Positions 39,401-51,805 of a stretch of 64,000 nt of DNA are shown here, one piece after another; the stretch's first letter is position 1, and the number at the start of each line of letters is the position of its first letter. The DNA is from Camelus ferus (taxonomy: Eukaryota): assembly GCF_009834535.1 (NCBI RefSeq), contig NC_045697.1, positions 101,372,001-101,436,000 of the forward strand, given 5' to 3'. The notes beneath the pieces were generated by a model. It was not told where the DNA came from, made no database searches, and saw only the letters and a list, made by a program, of their open reading frames with translations. The position numbers and the translations under genes were made by a program.

Positions 39401-40015
39401 ATTTATTTCATAAGAGTTTTGTGGTTTTCCATTTATACATCCTATACATATTTTGTTAGTTTTACACCTCTAAGTATTTCACTTTTTGGTGCTACTGTAA
39501 ATGGTATTTTTTTTAATTTTCAAAATCAAATTGTTAATTTCTGGTATGTAAGAAAACAATTGATTATTGTATATTAACATTGAATCTTGCTAACTAGCTA
39601 TTCTTAGTTACTTCTTTGGGGATTTTTTTCCCCATCAATTCTTTGGGATTTCTACATAGATAATCATGTCATCTGCAAACAATCCCTTCCCAATCTATAT
39701 ACCTTGCATTACGTTTCACTGTCTTACTGCATGAGCTAGTACTTGCAGTATGAGGTTGAATAGGATTGGTAAGAGTGAACATCCTTGCCTTGTTTCAGAT
39801 CTTAGAAGGAAAGTATCCAGTTTCTCACCATTAAGTACGATGTTGACTGTAGGTTTTTTTTGTAGATGTTCTTTATCAAGTTGAGGAAGTTCCCCTCTAT
39901 TCATAGTTTGATGAAATTTTTTAATCATAAATGGGTATTGGACTTCTGTCAGTTGCTTTTTCTGCACCAATAGATATCATATAATTTTTCTTCTTTAGCC
40001 TCTTGACATGGTGGC
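36490..40015 (-). mobile_element. L1MC-type element: long 3' UTR plus 3' ORF2
   Basis: T-rich strand; ORF2 antisense motifs 'gagtgaacatccttgccttgtttcagatcttag', 'tttctcaccattaagtacgatgttgactgtagg'; ORF 39716-39970 translates to L1 RT-region-like 'PTVNIVLNGEKLDTFLLRSETRQGCSLLPILFNLILQVLA'. Confidence 0.9.
36742..36940 (-). mobile_element. Younger lineage-type L1 3' end nested in L1MC
   Basis: T run then 'tatagctgatttacaatgttgtcttagtttctggtgtacagcacagtgattcag'. Confidence 0.85.
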
Positions 40016-40264
40016 TCCTTATCTTCTAAAACTATGGTAACTCTTCTTCTATATAGAGTGCAATGTGAATATTGCCTCCTTTGTTTCCAACATAAATAAA
40101 ACGTGTTAATTCTCCAATTTGATTGGAAATTTGTGCTTGCCATCGACTAAAGCCCCAAGCTTATTTTTTCTTATGAATTTTTATTAATTTAGATATCTTC
40201 CATTCTCTACTTAATGCAGGTGGGTTTTTTAAATCTCTCAATATATGATGTTCCATTTATTAGT

Positions 40265-40545
40265 ATATTTCATTGTAGATTTATGCAACAAATATTTATT
40301 GGCTGCCGTCTATGTGCTGTCTATTCCAGGTGCTGAGGACTGAGCATTGAGCCAAACAGGCAAGTCCTTGCTCTCCTGGAGCTTGCATTCTGATGCAATT
40401 CTGGTGACAAAACATAAATAAACCAGTAGCTGTATCAACAGATCCTAGTAAGTACTATGGAAAAGTAGAGCAAGGTTTGGGAATAGCCAGGGGCACTGGA
40501 CGCTGAGATGCTAGTTCACTGAGTGTGGTTAAGAATGGCCTCTCA
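40265..40545 (-). mobile_element. L2 3' end
   Basis: 'caacaaatatttattggctgccgtctatgtgc...caggcaagtccttgctctcctggagcttgcattct'. Confidence 0.75.
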
Positions 40546-40666
40546 CATTGAATGTGAAATCAATCTATTAAGATTTTCCTTTCAATCCTACCATCCAGTG
40601 CTACCATTCATGGCTTTGTGTTACTAAAAACAATCAACAGGGCAAAGCCAAGAACAACCTTGATGG

Positions 40667-41230
40667 CTATATTAGCTTGCAACTGTGTTGACTCAGCTAA
40701 GCAGGAACTACATTTCCCAGAATTCCTTTCCCTCAGGGTTCTGGGCTAAGATTGGCCACAGGAGAAGTTCAGGTGAGACTGGATGGCAAAAGCGACCAGC
40801 AGCTATATTTGAGCTTGGAAGCCTGGCATTCAGCTGAGTGCTCTGGGGTCCCCTACAGATGGGTTATGAATCAGCTTGCTGACTTCACTGGAAGCAGCAG
40901 CTGCCAGGGCCACACCTCCGTCAGCCTCTCCCACTCCTAGGCCAGGTGCATGTTTGGGCCTCAGTTTCTCCTGCCAGATGCCTGCATCAAAGGAATTGGA
41001 AACCTGGAGGCTGAAGTAGGAGCCAGACCATCCTCCTCACACATTCCTGTTTATCCTTGCTCTCCCCAACTTCATCTTTTCTTCCTGACTTCCTGGCCCA
41101 GCAAAAGCAGCAGCCTTACATAAACAGTTCAACCAGTTCCCACAGTTGTATGAGGTCAAATCCCTATAATCAATGCTTTATTTCGTATCATTCCTAGGAG
41201 TTCTTCTATAATTGAACCCTGATTGATACA
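40667..41230 (+). mobile_element. ERVL-class solo LTR (LTR40/41-like)
   Basis: 'ctcagctaagcaggaactacatttcccagaattcctttccc'; terminus 'tgaaccctgattgataca'. Confidence 0.65.
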
Positions 41231-41239
41231 GAGACCTAC

Positions 41240-41780
41240 CATTACCTCCTTTTCTCACGCCATTTGCAATTTAATTGGGAGTAGATAATCATTCAGCCAA
41301 CCACGAATTCATTTTGCTGTGCTATTATCTGTACCAAATTTCTGCATATGGTCTATAATGATATCATCAGGAGATTCACAAATATTTCCCTAAAATCAAA
41401 ACTATCATACCTATAGCTTTCCCTGGGCCTCCCACTCTTAGAAACACACTACAAGAAAAACAAATGAAGGTAATTTAGCACGATTCCTGGTAATCACCAT
41501 TTCTGTTTCTAAGAGCTGACAAGTTACTTGTTTAATAATTCCTTCCAGAATTTTGTAGGAAATTGCTGTCAGACTCACTACCTAGTAATTTACAGAATTC
41601 ATCTTCTTCTTGCTTTGAAAAAAAATGGCACTTCTCTGGTTCCCTGGGATTCTTCAGAGATTACTGACGGTGTTTCTCTAATCACAGCTATAAATTTTTC
41701 TGAACCCCAAGGATGTAATTTGTCTGACCCTGGAGACTGGTATTAATTTAAAGCAATGTGACGTTCTCTTACTATTTCTT
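41240..41780 (-). mobile_element. CR1/L3 fragment (continues 40020-40260 and 40550-40660)
   Basis: 'ttgtttaataattccttccagaattttgtaggaa', 'ggatgtaatttgtctgaccctggagactgg'. Confidence 0.55.
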
Positions 41781-41892
41781 GTCAAGATTGTTACCAGCTG
41801 TGGGCTAAGGTCTATTACCCACTTGTTCTGGCCAAGAGAAAACAAGCTGGGTGCAGCCCATAGACAAAGCAATGCTGCTCAGTATGCATACT

Positions 41893-42048
41893 GAGATGGT
41901 TCTCAAACGCTAATGTGCATATAAATTACCTTGCTAAAATGCAGGGTTTTCTTTAGCAGGTATGGATGGAGCCTGGGATTCTGCATTTTAAAACAAGCTC
42001 CCAGAGCGGGCAACACTGCTGGTCCATGAGTCACTTGTTGAGTAGTGA
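41893..42048. mobile_element. MER5A-like hAT MITE
   Basis: 'tggttctcaaac...ggagcctgggattctgcattttaaaacaagctcccag...gctggtccatgagtcacttgttgagtag'. Confidence 0.75.
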
Positions 42049-42602
42049 GAATGTAGTGAGAAGCAAAAGCATGTTTCCTGTGAAGCTAATGAAGCTCCAA
42101 GGCCCATCACCTGCGCTGCCTCCCTTGGATACTGGAAGGTGACAATAGCTAGAGAATAGCCTGTATGAGAATTTGAGGGAACCAGGCTGCAATTAGGAAG
42201 CATTTCTACATAAGCATGTCTGGCAAAGTACTTAGAGATCTCAGGAAAAAACAGACCTGAATCTCCAAGGTTTGGGTAATTTTTTGTGATTTCTTTTCTC
42301 ATTCTTAACAGTCAATTTGTATCTAACCTTGGAAATCATTTTGTATTCTCTTACTCAAAGTGGACCACCCCCCAACAAATACATACATTTCAGACTCCAG
42401 AACACCTGGATCGAACCCAGCCTGAAGGGTATGAATTTCAGAGCCACACAAAGCTGAGATTAAACCCCAGATCTGCCAGCTACTAGTGAGCTCATGCAGA
42501 CACAGATTCTGGCCTGGATTTGAAGGTGATCATGAAAAATGACTGGAACTCAGTTCAAGGTTGCTTTTAATCTGACTTATTCCTGAACTAGCAAAGCAAT
42601 GC

Positions 42603-42655
42603 AAAAAAAAAAAAAAATATATATATATATATGTGTGTGTATATATATATATGCA
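42603..42655. repeat. A-run followed by (AT)n(GT)n(AT)n microsatellite
   Basis: Read directly from the sequence. Confidence 0.9.
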
Positions 42656-42805
42656 CGCACAAGGTATAGGTCCAGGTGGGAACTGAATATCCACGCTGCC
42701 TTCTTTATATCCCACAGATGTATATCCAAAGTTTTATGGTCTCAGTAACTGCGTGCGGGGAGAGTTCCACTGAGGCAGAGTGTGCTACAGCTGTGGATTT
42801 TTATA

Positions 42806-43343
42806 TGTGGTGGACAGACCCTCGGGTGACCACCCAATACTCCTCACCTCTTGTTGTAAAGGTCTTTGTGTAAACCCCTCCCCTCGTGACTTGCTTCTAA
42901 TCAATGGAATATAGCAAAGATAATAGAATGTCACTCTCACAATTATATTACAGCAGACTGGAGAAAGAGACACTGATTCTCCCACTAGCCTTGAAGAAGT
43001 GTGAATACAGGTGAAGTGCCAATGGAGAAAGCCACACGGCAGGAAACTTCTAGGCTTGGCTTCTAGGAAGCTTGGTCAATTCTAGTCTCTAGGACCTCAG
43101 TCCTACAACCTCAAGGAACTGAACTCTGCCAACAACCACGTGAGCTTGGAAGAGGACCCTGAGCTCCAGAAAGGAATGCAACCTGGCCAACAACTTGACT
43201 GCAGCCTGGTGAGTCTCAGAGCAGGGGGCCTAGCTGAGCCGTGCCCAGACTTCTGACCCACAGAAACTGTGGGTCAATAAATATTGTAGACTTAAGCCCC
43301 TAAGTTGTGGTAATTTGTCATATAGCAACAGAAAATTAATATA
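42806..43343 (+). mobile_element. MLT1E/F-like MaLR solo LTR
   Basis: 'ctcagtcctacaacctcaaggaactgaactctgccaacaaccacgtgagcttggaagaggaccctgagctccag...ccagacttctgacccacagaaactgtg'. Confidence 0.85.
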
Positions 43344-43576
43344 AGGCACCAGGCCACATGGCACCTTGGAACCACTACTGACATCCAGATGAGGCAGCAA
43401 TTCTTCTGCTGAGGAAGTTATGTCCCCACACCTAATACCCTGATTCCAGAACACAAAGTTCTTGCTGGCCAAGCCCTGGAGTTACCTCTCCTTCTCTTCG
43501 TCTACCTTACAGAGCTTAGGCGTCTTCAGTATACATCTCTAGGGACCACTATGGAAGACCTCGGCACAGCCTACCA

Positions 43577-43740
43577 GAAAGACTGGCTATGAAATTTGCA
43601 AGGCCCAGTGCACAATGAAAACATGGGGCCTCTTGTTACAAAGATCTTTAAGAATTTCAGGATGGTGGCCCCAAGCATTAAACCAAGCATGGGCTCATCT
43701 AAGGACAGGGCCATGCAACTAGTCATGAAGCTGGCTCTTA
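43577..43740 (+). mobile_element. MER91A-like hAT-Tip100 MITE
   Basis: 'aatttgcaaggcccagtgcacaatgaaaacatggggcctcttgtt...gcattaaaccaagcatggg...catgaagctggctct'. Confidence 0.8.
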
Positions 43741-43744
43741 CTAC

Positions 43745-43850
43745 CGTTATTAGGCGTACCTTGAGCAAGTTACTCAAACTGAGCCTCAGTGTCCTCATCT
43801 GTAGAAATGTAGGCGTTCGGCACCTGGCAGCACATCATACTGCCAGACGT
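43745..43850 (+). mobile_element. MIR core fragment
   Basis: 'accttgagcaagttactcaaactgagcctcagtgtcctcatctgtagaaatg'. Confidence 0.75.
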
Positions 43851-46634
43851 GTGTCCAGGGAAGTTCCTATTTGATTTTTAATCTTCCTTTCTGTCTGCTT
43901 ATTATTGAACCATCAGCCCCAAACACATACATTCTTCCTTATTCTATTTTTTTTTCCCTCCAAACACAGATAATACAGTAACGTTAGCTGTTTAAAGGCA
44001 CACTGGTGACAGGGAAAGCCAAAAGGTGATGATTTCTTTTGAGACTTGTTACTTGTTTTCAGATTCTTCTTTCTGCTTTATTAGTTTAAAAAATGGCAAG
44101 TTACATAAGGATTTACAGCACAGATTCAGGAATATCTCAAGGTGTCTCAACATAGGTTGCTGTCACCTTATTCCCCTGCTTTTAACAGCCAGTAGTTAGA
44201 CAGCTTTCTCCCACCCAGCACTCCAGAGCAGTGAGATGCACTCCCTTCAGTACCAGCGACACCACGACAGAGATTCTCGGCTGGGTAAGTGTGGGGGTTG
44301 GAAGGAGGAGCTATAAGATAAAGGCAGGTGGGTAGATTGAAAAAGACTCTCTGGTGATGCTGACAAGGCAAGTGAACGACTCACCGCGACTACTTTGTTA
44401 GGAATAATTATTTTAGAAAGATTTCCATACAGTTTGCCTTCCAGGGATGTACAAGGTTATGTTTGTTTTCTCTGTCACTTTTTTTCTGAGTCTACAGCTT
44501 TTTACAAACTGCTACTCCCAAACCTCTCCATTGTGTAAATTTTTGTGCATGCAACATATGACTTCTAATGTTGGGCGAGAAATGGGTTCATAGTGAAAAA
44601 TGGCTCAGTAGCTAAATTTAGAGCATTTCTACTTGATCAACACCACGAGTGTAAAAACGAATGTAGCTTCTGGAGAGTAAGCTGAATTACCAACTTATTA
44701 TCTTGTATGTAAACAGGAAAGGTCACTTTCTCTAAGCTGAAGTAGAGTTAAAATGCCCCTGATTTTTTTGGTGACCCACTGTTACAGACCATTTCAACTC
44801 AATCACTAACAGAATCACAGCTAAATGTCCCTGGCATCCTAAGTTAAAATTCAAAATTTTTCTTTCTGAGACAATTTTATAAATGCCAGTTACCAGAATT
44901 AAAGTTATTAAAATTATAGCTTAGATTCATTATAATGGGTTGAATGGTGTGTGGGCTCACCTAGGACCCCAAACATTGGTAACAATGTTTTAATTATAGA
45001 AGGTCCCAAAGACATTAATGAACAAACTTTTGGAATACAAACTTCACGTAATTTGGGGTCCACATGAATCTGTAAGATTTAAAACTATCAATAGTATAGA
45101 CCAAAGAAGCTTATTAAAAAAAAAAGATGCATTAGTGATATATGTTTACTGTCCCATCAGAAAAATTTTCTTTCTGTTCCTTCTACAAACCTATGACTCC
45201 CAGCTGTTATCATCTTATACCAGTATGGTACACTGAGGTCAATATCAGTGTAGCATCCTTCCCCTCTTTTCCTACATTCCATGTTCATAGAATAAAATAT
45301 AGTCACTGAAACCATGAGAGGTTGGTCCCTATTCCATAATCTCATGTTCTAAGAGATCAGGAGGCTGTATTTGGCTGTTCAGGTAAAATTGGTTTATAAT
45401 ATTATATAAATTTCAGGTGCACATCATTATAATTTGATATTTGTTATTTACAAAGTCATCGTCACCATAAGTCAAGTTACCATCCATCACCCTCCTTTTA
45501 AAGAATAGACAAGTAGATTATGATAAAATAAAGATGGACAAAGGAGGAAAAAAAGGAAAGAAGGAAACAGAAAGAATGGAAAGAAAGCGAGAAGACTGTT
45601 ATAAATCATGTGGCGATGTATGCCACAGTGGCAGAGGGCACAAAAGGCAGTGAGTCAGAAGAAGAGGGTGGACTTGGGGAGAGTTGAGCCAGAAACTAAG
45701 CCTGTGACAGGTCAGGGAAATGTCCAAGCACGCAGTGCCCTCTAGAGAAATGAGCTCATATTTATTAAATAAATCTCATTATTTTTGTATTCACAGCAAA
45801 GAAAGAATAGGGCGACTTCTGGCCCCTCCATGACAGCTTACGTAAGTTCAGGGTCATTTAGAGTGAATTACATCTTTTTACATCTTATTCTTTAAAGTGA
45901 ACATGATTTTCACAGTCAATTCCATCAAGTTAAGCATCTGAATCTTCACATATGATACGATCAAGCAGGGCTTCTTATCGCTGACCTTCAACAAAATTCC
46001 AGAGGTACGGCCATGAGAGCTTCACCTATGGCTGACTATCAGAGAAATTGAGAGAAAGGGGTGGGCTTGAATAAGTTTTCAGGAGCAGGATCAACAGGAC
46101 TTACTCAAAATACAAAATGGTGAGGGAAGCAGGACAGAAAACCAAGTTATGGTTGATCTGATAGATGCTGGGGACACATCCATTTAGCACTGAGGAATTA
46201 AGGCATTAATAAACTCTAGGAAAACAACTTCCCATTTAAACCAAAATTCGATTCTGTCTAGACTGAATCTGATCTTAATGTACTTCTCATAAAGGTGTCA
46301 GAAGCTGTGTGATTGTTTCTTTTTCCGCTGTGAATCTGAAATTAATGAGAATAGAGAGAGTGTCTGCAAGCTCATTTATCTCAAGACTTTAGGGGTTTTA
46401 AAGAAATCAATCTCATAATACTCACTGAATCTGTGAGCTAAAAAGTGCTATAACAACACACAGGATTACCGCTGCGGTTCTTTACATGCACGTGAGATAC
46501 GCTGAAAATGTGACAAATTTTCAACAGGACGGTGGTGAGGTGGAATGCTGGCGTAAGAGTGGTTGTTAGGAAAGCAGGAGGAGGGGGAGGTTATTCATTT
46601 AGAGATCTATGCCATAAGGGTGACTAGGTCTCCC

Positions 46635-47010
46635 CTCTTCATAGTGAGGGAAGTAACCCAGAAAAAGACAAATACTACATGATAGGACTTAGATACGGAA
46701 TCTGAAACATAATACGAAGATGTATACACAAAACAGAAACAGACTGACAGATAGAGAAAAGAAACTTGTGGTTATCAAAGGGGAGATGGAAGGGGAGAGG
46801 GACAAACTGGGGCTGTGGGATTAACAGATACAAACTACTATATATATAATAGATCATCAATAAGGATATACTACACAGCACACGGAATTATACCCCTTAT
46901 CTTATAATAACCTATAATGGAGTATAATCTGCAAAAATACAGAATCACTATGCTGTACACCTGAAACTAACATAATATTGTAAGTCAACTATACTTCCAT
47001 AAAATATATA
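46635..47010 (+). mobile_element. Younger lineage-type L1 3' end
   Basis: 'cagaaaaagacaaatactacatgata...gaatcactatgctgtacacctgaaactaacataatattgtaagtcaactatacttc'. Confidence 0.85.
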
Positions 47011-47244
47011 TAAAGTATATACATGTAAGGTGTGTGCCACTGGCATGACAATATTAGACATACAGGCTCTAACAGTAAAAAGTTAACTTCATGAAAGTGT
47101 GCTTACTATGAAAAACCAAGCTTTATCAATAAGGATTTAACTACCGTCCTTTAAAGAATTACTACAGAAAGGCCATGGCTTTACTTGCTAGCCAGTGGTT
47201 CAGTTGGATTGACTTACTTCCTTTTTTGTCTTGCTAACCTTTTT

Positions 47245-47395
47245 CATTATCTTTTTTTAAATTTGTTTTGTTTTGTTTTGGTGGGGGGGAGGTAATTAGG
47301 TTTATTTATCTACTCTTTGAGGAGGTACTGGAGATTGAACCCAGGACCTCATGCAAGCTAACCATGCACTCTGCCACTTGAGCTATGCCCTCCCC
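47245..47395 (-). mobile_element. tRNA-derived SINE (Vic-1-like) with TSD
   Basis: Reverse complement of the 6507 SINE ('ggaggtaattaggtttatt', 'ggagattgaacccaggacctcatgc'); TSD ttgctaaccttttt at 47231-47244 and 47399-47412. Confidence 0.9.
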
Positions 47396-47959
47396 GCTTT
47401 GCTAACCTTTTTTAAAGCAAACTTATTTTAAATTAAGTTGGGTATCTTACATATTAGAAAGATTTATTTTAGAGGGAAGACTAAAGCATTATGCAGAGAC
47501 GATTTTTATTGACCTAGCTTCCTTTTCCCCTCTTCTCAGTTCTGAGTTCCCAGTTTTATTTTTATGCATCCCCTGTGGAAGATTTTTTTTTAAACACTGC
47601 ATTTTGCTACACTGGGATTATGATAAACAGAAATTTAGAATCCTTTGTGTACTCTGCAAAACATTAAAATGATAGAAAATAGGCATTCAAAAGAACAGGG
47701 AGTGTAATAAAACTTCATGTAGCACAGCACCTGCTTTCTCCCAAGCCTCCCCACACCTTCCTTGCCAATTACTGAAGTGGGTTCGGCACCTTAAGTGCTA
47801 GGCCTGGGTGGCAAATAGTCAACGTAGAACAGAGGGAGAGGAACGCCAGAGTGGTCGAGAGCAAGCAAGTAAAGGTGCGTTATTGGACAGTAAAGAATAA
47901 GAGATAAATTGCTTTATAAGAAGAGATTTTTAAGACTTTTAAGGTAAGGGAAACCCCTG

Positions 47960-50030
47960 TGGCTTTTGGTTTCTGCATATAAAGAGCTTAGAAGTCATGA
48001 TTTCCATGCTTACAGAAAGAAAAAAGCTGAAAAAACTAAAAATCAAGGACTATTCTTAGACCAATGCAAGAACTGAGGTCTAAGGGCCAACCACTGCCCC
48101 CAAAATCTACAGAGATGAGCAAGCACAGAGAACCACAGCCAAGAACAGCTTACCCGGAGCAAGCACTGCTGAGCCACAGACTGCTGGGAACACCTACGTG
48201 CACGTCACCAAGTGGAAGAAGCCAGCCTGAAAAGGCTACATGCTGTATGATTCCAATTATGTGATATTCTGGAAATGGCAAAATACCAAGATATTTTTTA
48301 AAAAATTAGTGGTTGCCAGGAATTCAGAAGGGGACAAGGAGGGATGAATAGGTGAAGCACGTAGGATTTTTAGGGTGATTAAACAATTCTGCATGACACT
48401 ACGATGTTGGACTTATGACATCATGCATTTTTCAAAATCCATACGGGCACAAAGAGTAAACCTCAATTTATGCCGATTCTATAAGTCAGTCATTTTGGAA
48501 ATCAGAGGATCCAAAGAAGTAATATAGACTGTGACAAGAGAATATAGATGCATTACAAATGTATGAAGCAAATTCCCTGATTGTGGTAGACGGAGATGTT
48601 GACCTAAGGGGCTTTGGAAATGACTGGAGTCTGTAAGTCTGAAGGCAAAAGGAAGTGCATAGAAACACTGTACTCTAGTTGATAAAGTTATTCTTATGGG
48701 GGGGGGGGTAACAAGTTAACAGTTCTGACACAGCTATACATATACACTGGAACTGAACAATTATGCACATGGGGATGGATGGTGGGAGCCAGGGTTCTCA
48801 CTGTTCAAGTGGGAATTTACAGATAAGCAAGAGGAGAAGGCTAGAATGATGCATACAACAATGGATTAGAGCTGGAGGCATCAGAAAGAACTCACGTTTA
48901 GCTTAATAAAGATAAAGATGCTTATACAGAGAAATATGTGTGTGTGTCTACAGGAGAACACACACACATATTTCCTTGGAACGTCAACAGAGAGGGCCTA
49001 AATGAAACAAACATACCTAGTACCCATGCATATCTTGGTCGCTACCATTCTTCAGTGAAAAGAATCCAGGCTCTTCGGTTAATTCTAGGACTGGGACAAG
49101 AAATATACAAGATCAGCCAGAATCATTTTTCAGTCCCGGAAAGTAAGAAAGTGCCTCGAACCCCAGACTGATGGGGACACTATACCAAAAGGGCACGGGA
49201 ACCAAGGGAAAGAGCTCCATTTGGCCAAGCTGGAACAAGCTAGTAAGTAAAGTTGTGTAAGAGTATAATCCAAAGTAGAAAACAACTATCCATGAGTACA
49301 TACAGATATAAATGAGTGACTGAATAAATTAATACATGGGGGATAAGAAACAGATTCCAAAGAATTTAAATAGTGGATCATGACTCTCCACTCCCTACGT
49401 GAGGACTGAGCACAGCAATTTGTTCCCAAGGAATAGGATGAAAATGGGAAAAGGAAAAAAAGTAACTTAAAAGACACCCCCTTCAGCCAGGTGATTAAGG
49501 TCAGCGTCAGCAGTGGTGAATCATGGTGGCCGTATACACCCTCAACAGGAGATGACAAAAATGTCCAAAAAATGTCCGTTTTCCACCGTTATCTGCTTTC
49601 TCCCCAAAAAAAGCATGACTCCTATCTAATCAAGAAAACATCAGACAAGTCTAAATTGAGAGACATTCTACAAAATACATGAAGTACTTCTCAAAACTGT
49701 TAAAGCCATCAAAAACAAGTAAAGGGAGAAATCGTCATGGTCAAGAGGTCCCTAAGGAAGTAAGACAACTAAATAAATGTAATGTGGCATCTTGGACGCG
49801 ACCTTGGAAAATAAGACATGAGGTAAAAACTAAGAAAATGTGAGTAAAGTAGGAGCTTCAGTTAAAAATAACGTATCAATATTGGTTCATTAAATACATC
49901 ACACATACCACACTGCCCTAAGATGTTAATAACAGGGTAAGTTGTACGTAGGAGTGCATAGGAACTCTCTGTACTATCTTCTCAATTTTGATGCAGATCT
50001 AGAACAGCTCTAAAAATAAAATCTATTCAA
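47960..50030 (+). mobile_element. L1MC-type 3' UTR with a short upstream L1 fragment
   Basis: 'gaagccagcctgaaaaggctacatgctgtatgattccaattatgtgatattctggaaatggcaaaa'; terminus 'ggaactctctgtactatcttctcaatttt...taaaaataaaa'. Confidence 0.85.
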
Positions 50031-51786
50031 ATACATGTCAGGTTCAGGATGACTAGAAATCTTATATCCTGGGTTCCATTCCTATCCATGTTATCAGCTT
50101 ATTTTATGACACTGAGCAATCAGTTGTGCCTCGGTTCATGCAACAGTAGTTGGGGATTACAACAGTCAATGACAAACCCATCTCCAAATTCTAATTTGAG
50201 TAAAATACTATATTGGTGCTTAAAGGATAAAAAAAATCCTACAGGACACAGTGTCTGGTCTCAAAAAAAAAAAAAAAGAACACCTACTGTCAAGATGAAG
50301 CACAGTGGGAGAGACATACATATAAAAAGGCAAATGGTAATATAAGAGAAAACACAGTAAAAACCCATGTAAATACAAAAGCTACATTAGTTCAGAAAGA
50401 TTACTGTAGACCTGAGCAACAGAAAATGTGCCAGAGAGAAACCAGTACAAGACGCAAGGGAGAGAGGGCAGAGATGTGACCAGCAGGGAATAGAGAAATA
50501 TGGATGGAGTGGAGAAAGCCCTAAAATTCAGATGGGAGCAATTGGAGCCCTTGTGATTATAGAAAGTCTTAAGTCAGCTTAAGAAATACGGACCTTATCC
50601 CCTCATACAGTGTCCCCAAGAACGCTGACCCATGGGGAAGAAGGCATAACCATTATGATACACCAGCCAATAAACACTTGGTAAATTCAAAGCAAATATT
50701 AATAACTTTAATAAAGTATCTTTATTCCACAAAGCTCAACATATTTTTCAAAAATAATTTCACTTAACTTTTCACAATTCTTGAAAGCAGTAAAAGAAGG
50801 ACCTCAAAAATGCCAATATAAAAGAACAGAAAATAGGCTTTCCAAGATAGACCCAAGGGATTTTCTCTTGGTTCTGCTATGTCTTTTAATACTAACCCTT
50901 GAATATTCTTTAAAAGGTTAGCGAAAATGAAAAATTTATAATAGCTACGTTTTCAAAGCCAGTGGTCTTGTATGGGAAAAAGAAACACAAACTGGGACAG
51001 AAAACTGATGTAATTCATTTGACTGAACAGTAAGCTACCTTGTATTTTAACATGTATACAAGCATCTATTTCTATATGGTGAAGGATGGAAGATTGTTTT
51101 CGACTGGAATCCCTTTTTCTCTCATATTACACATAAACCAAGTTCAGGGGCTGCCTTATTTCCCTTTCTCCTTTACAAGCTTGAAAGCGAGAAGGACCAT
51201 GTCCGGGGGGCACACTAGTTCACGGCGAACACCACACCTCACCCCAACGCCAACACTGACGCCATCGCAGTCTTTCAGAAGCCTGCCCGCATTTCAGAAT
51301 ATTCTACGTGAAAGACGACGACTAATAGCTGACATTTGCATCACAGTCGCCCAGTGTTCTCACCCACATTACCATCTTTGACTTCGGACTTCACAGCCAG
51401 GATTTTACCGAAACGAAGGAAAACAGACTTGGAATGGGGATGTGATCTCCCCAAGATCAGAGGCCTAAGAAATGGCATGACTTACTAGTTCTATCACCAA
51501 AGCTTCATATCACAGCATCGAAGACTTCATCTCAGAAACGTACTACTGTATAGAGCAGGACTTTTAAATACTGCTACTCTGTAAGGGCTTTTGTTTCATT
51601 TCATTTGATTTCAGCAATTCAGCAAATACTCTTTTCTATGGGCCATTAACCAGGGGAAGGTAATGGTTTCATACTAGAAGGTCAGAGATTATTAACAGCA
51701 GCCATTAAAATGGAATTCTGCCTATAGCATTACACCCTGCCCATTCAGACTCCAGGATGAGTTTTACTGCGGGTGTGTGTAGAGAG

Positions 51787-51805
51787 TGGCCAGCAGGGGG
51801 CGCAC
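51787..51805 (+). promoter_or_regulatory. Candidate CTCF binding site
   Basis: TGGCCAGCAGGGGGCGCAC closely matches the CTCF core consensus TGGCCA(C/G)(C/T)AG(A/G)(G/T)GGC(A/G)C; lies in non-repeat DNA and retains its CpG. Confidence 0.7.

Noticed and set aside
39716..39970. ORF with reverse-transcriptase-region-like peptide
   Set aside because: Fragment of a decayed L1 ORF2 surrounded by stops and frameshifts; not a functional or novel RT
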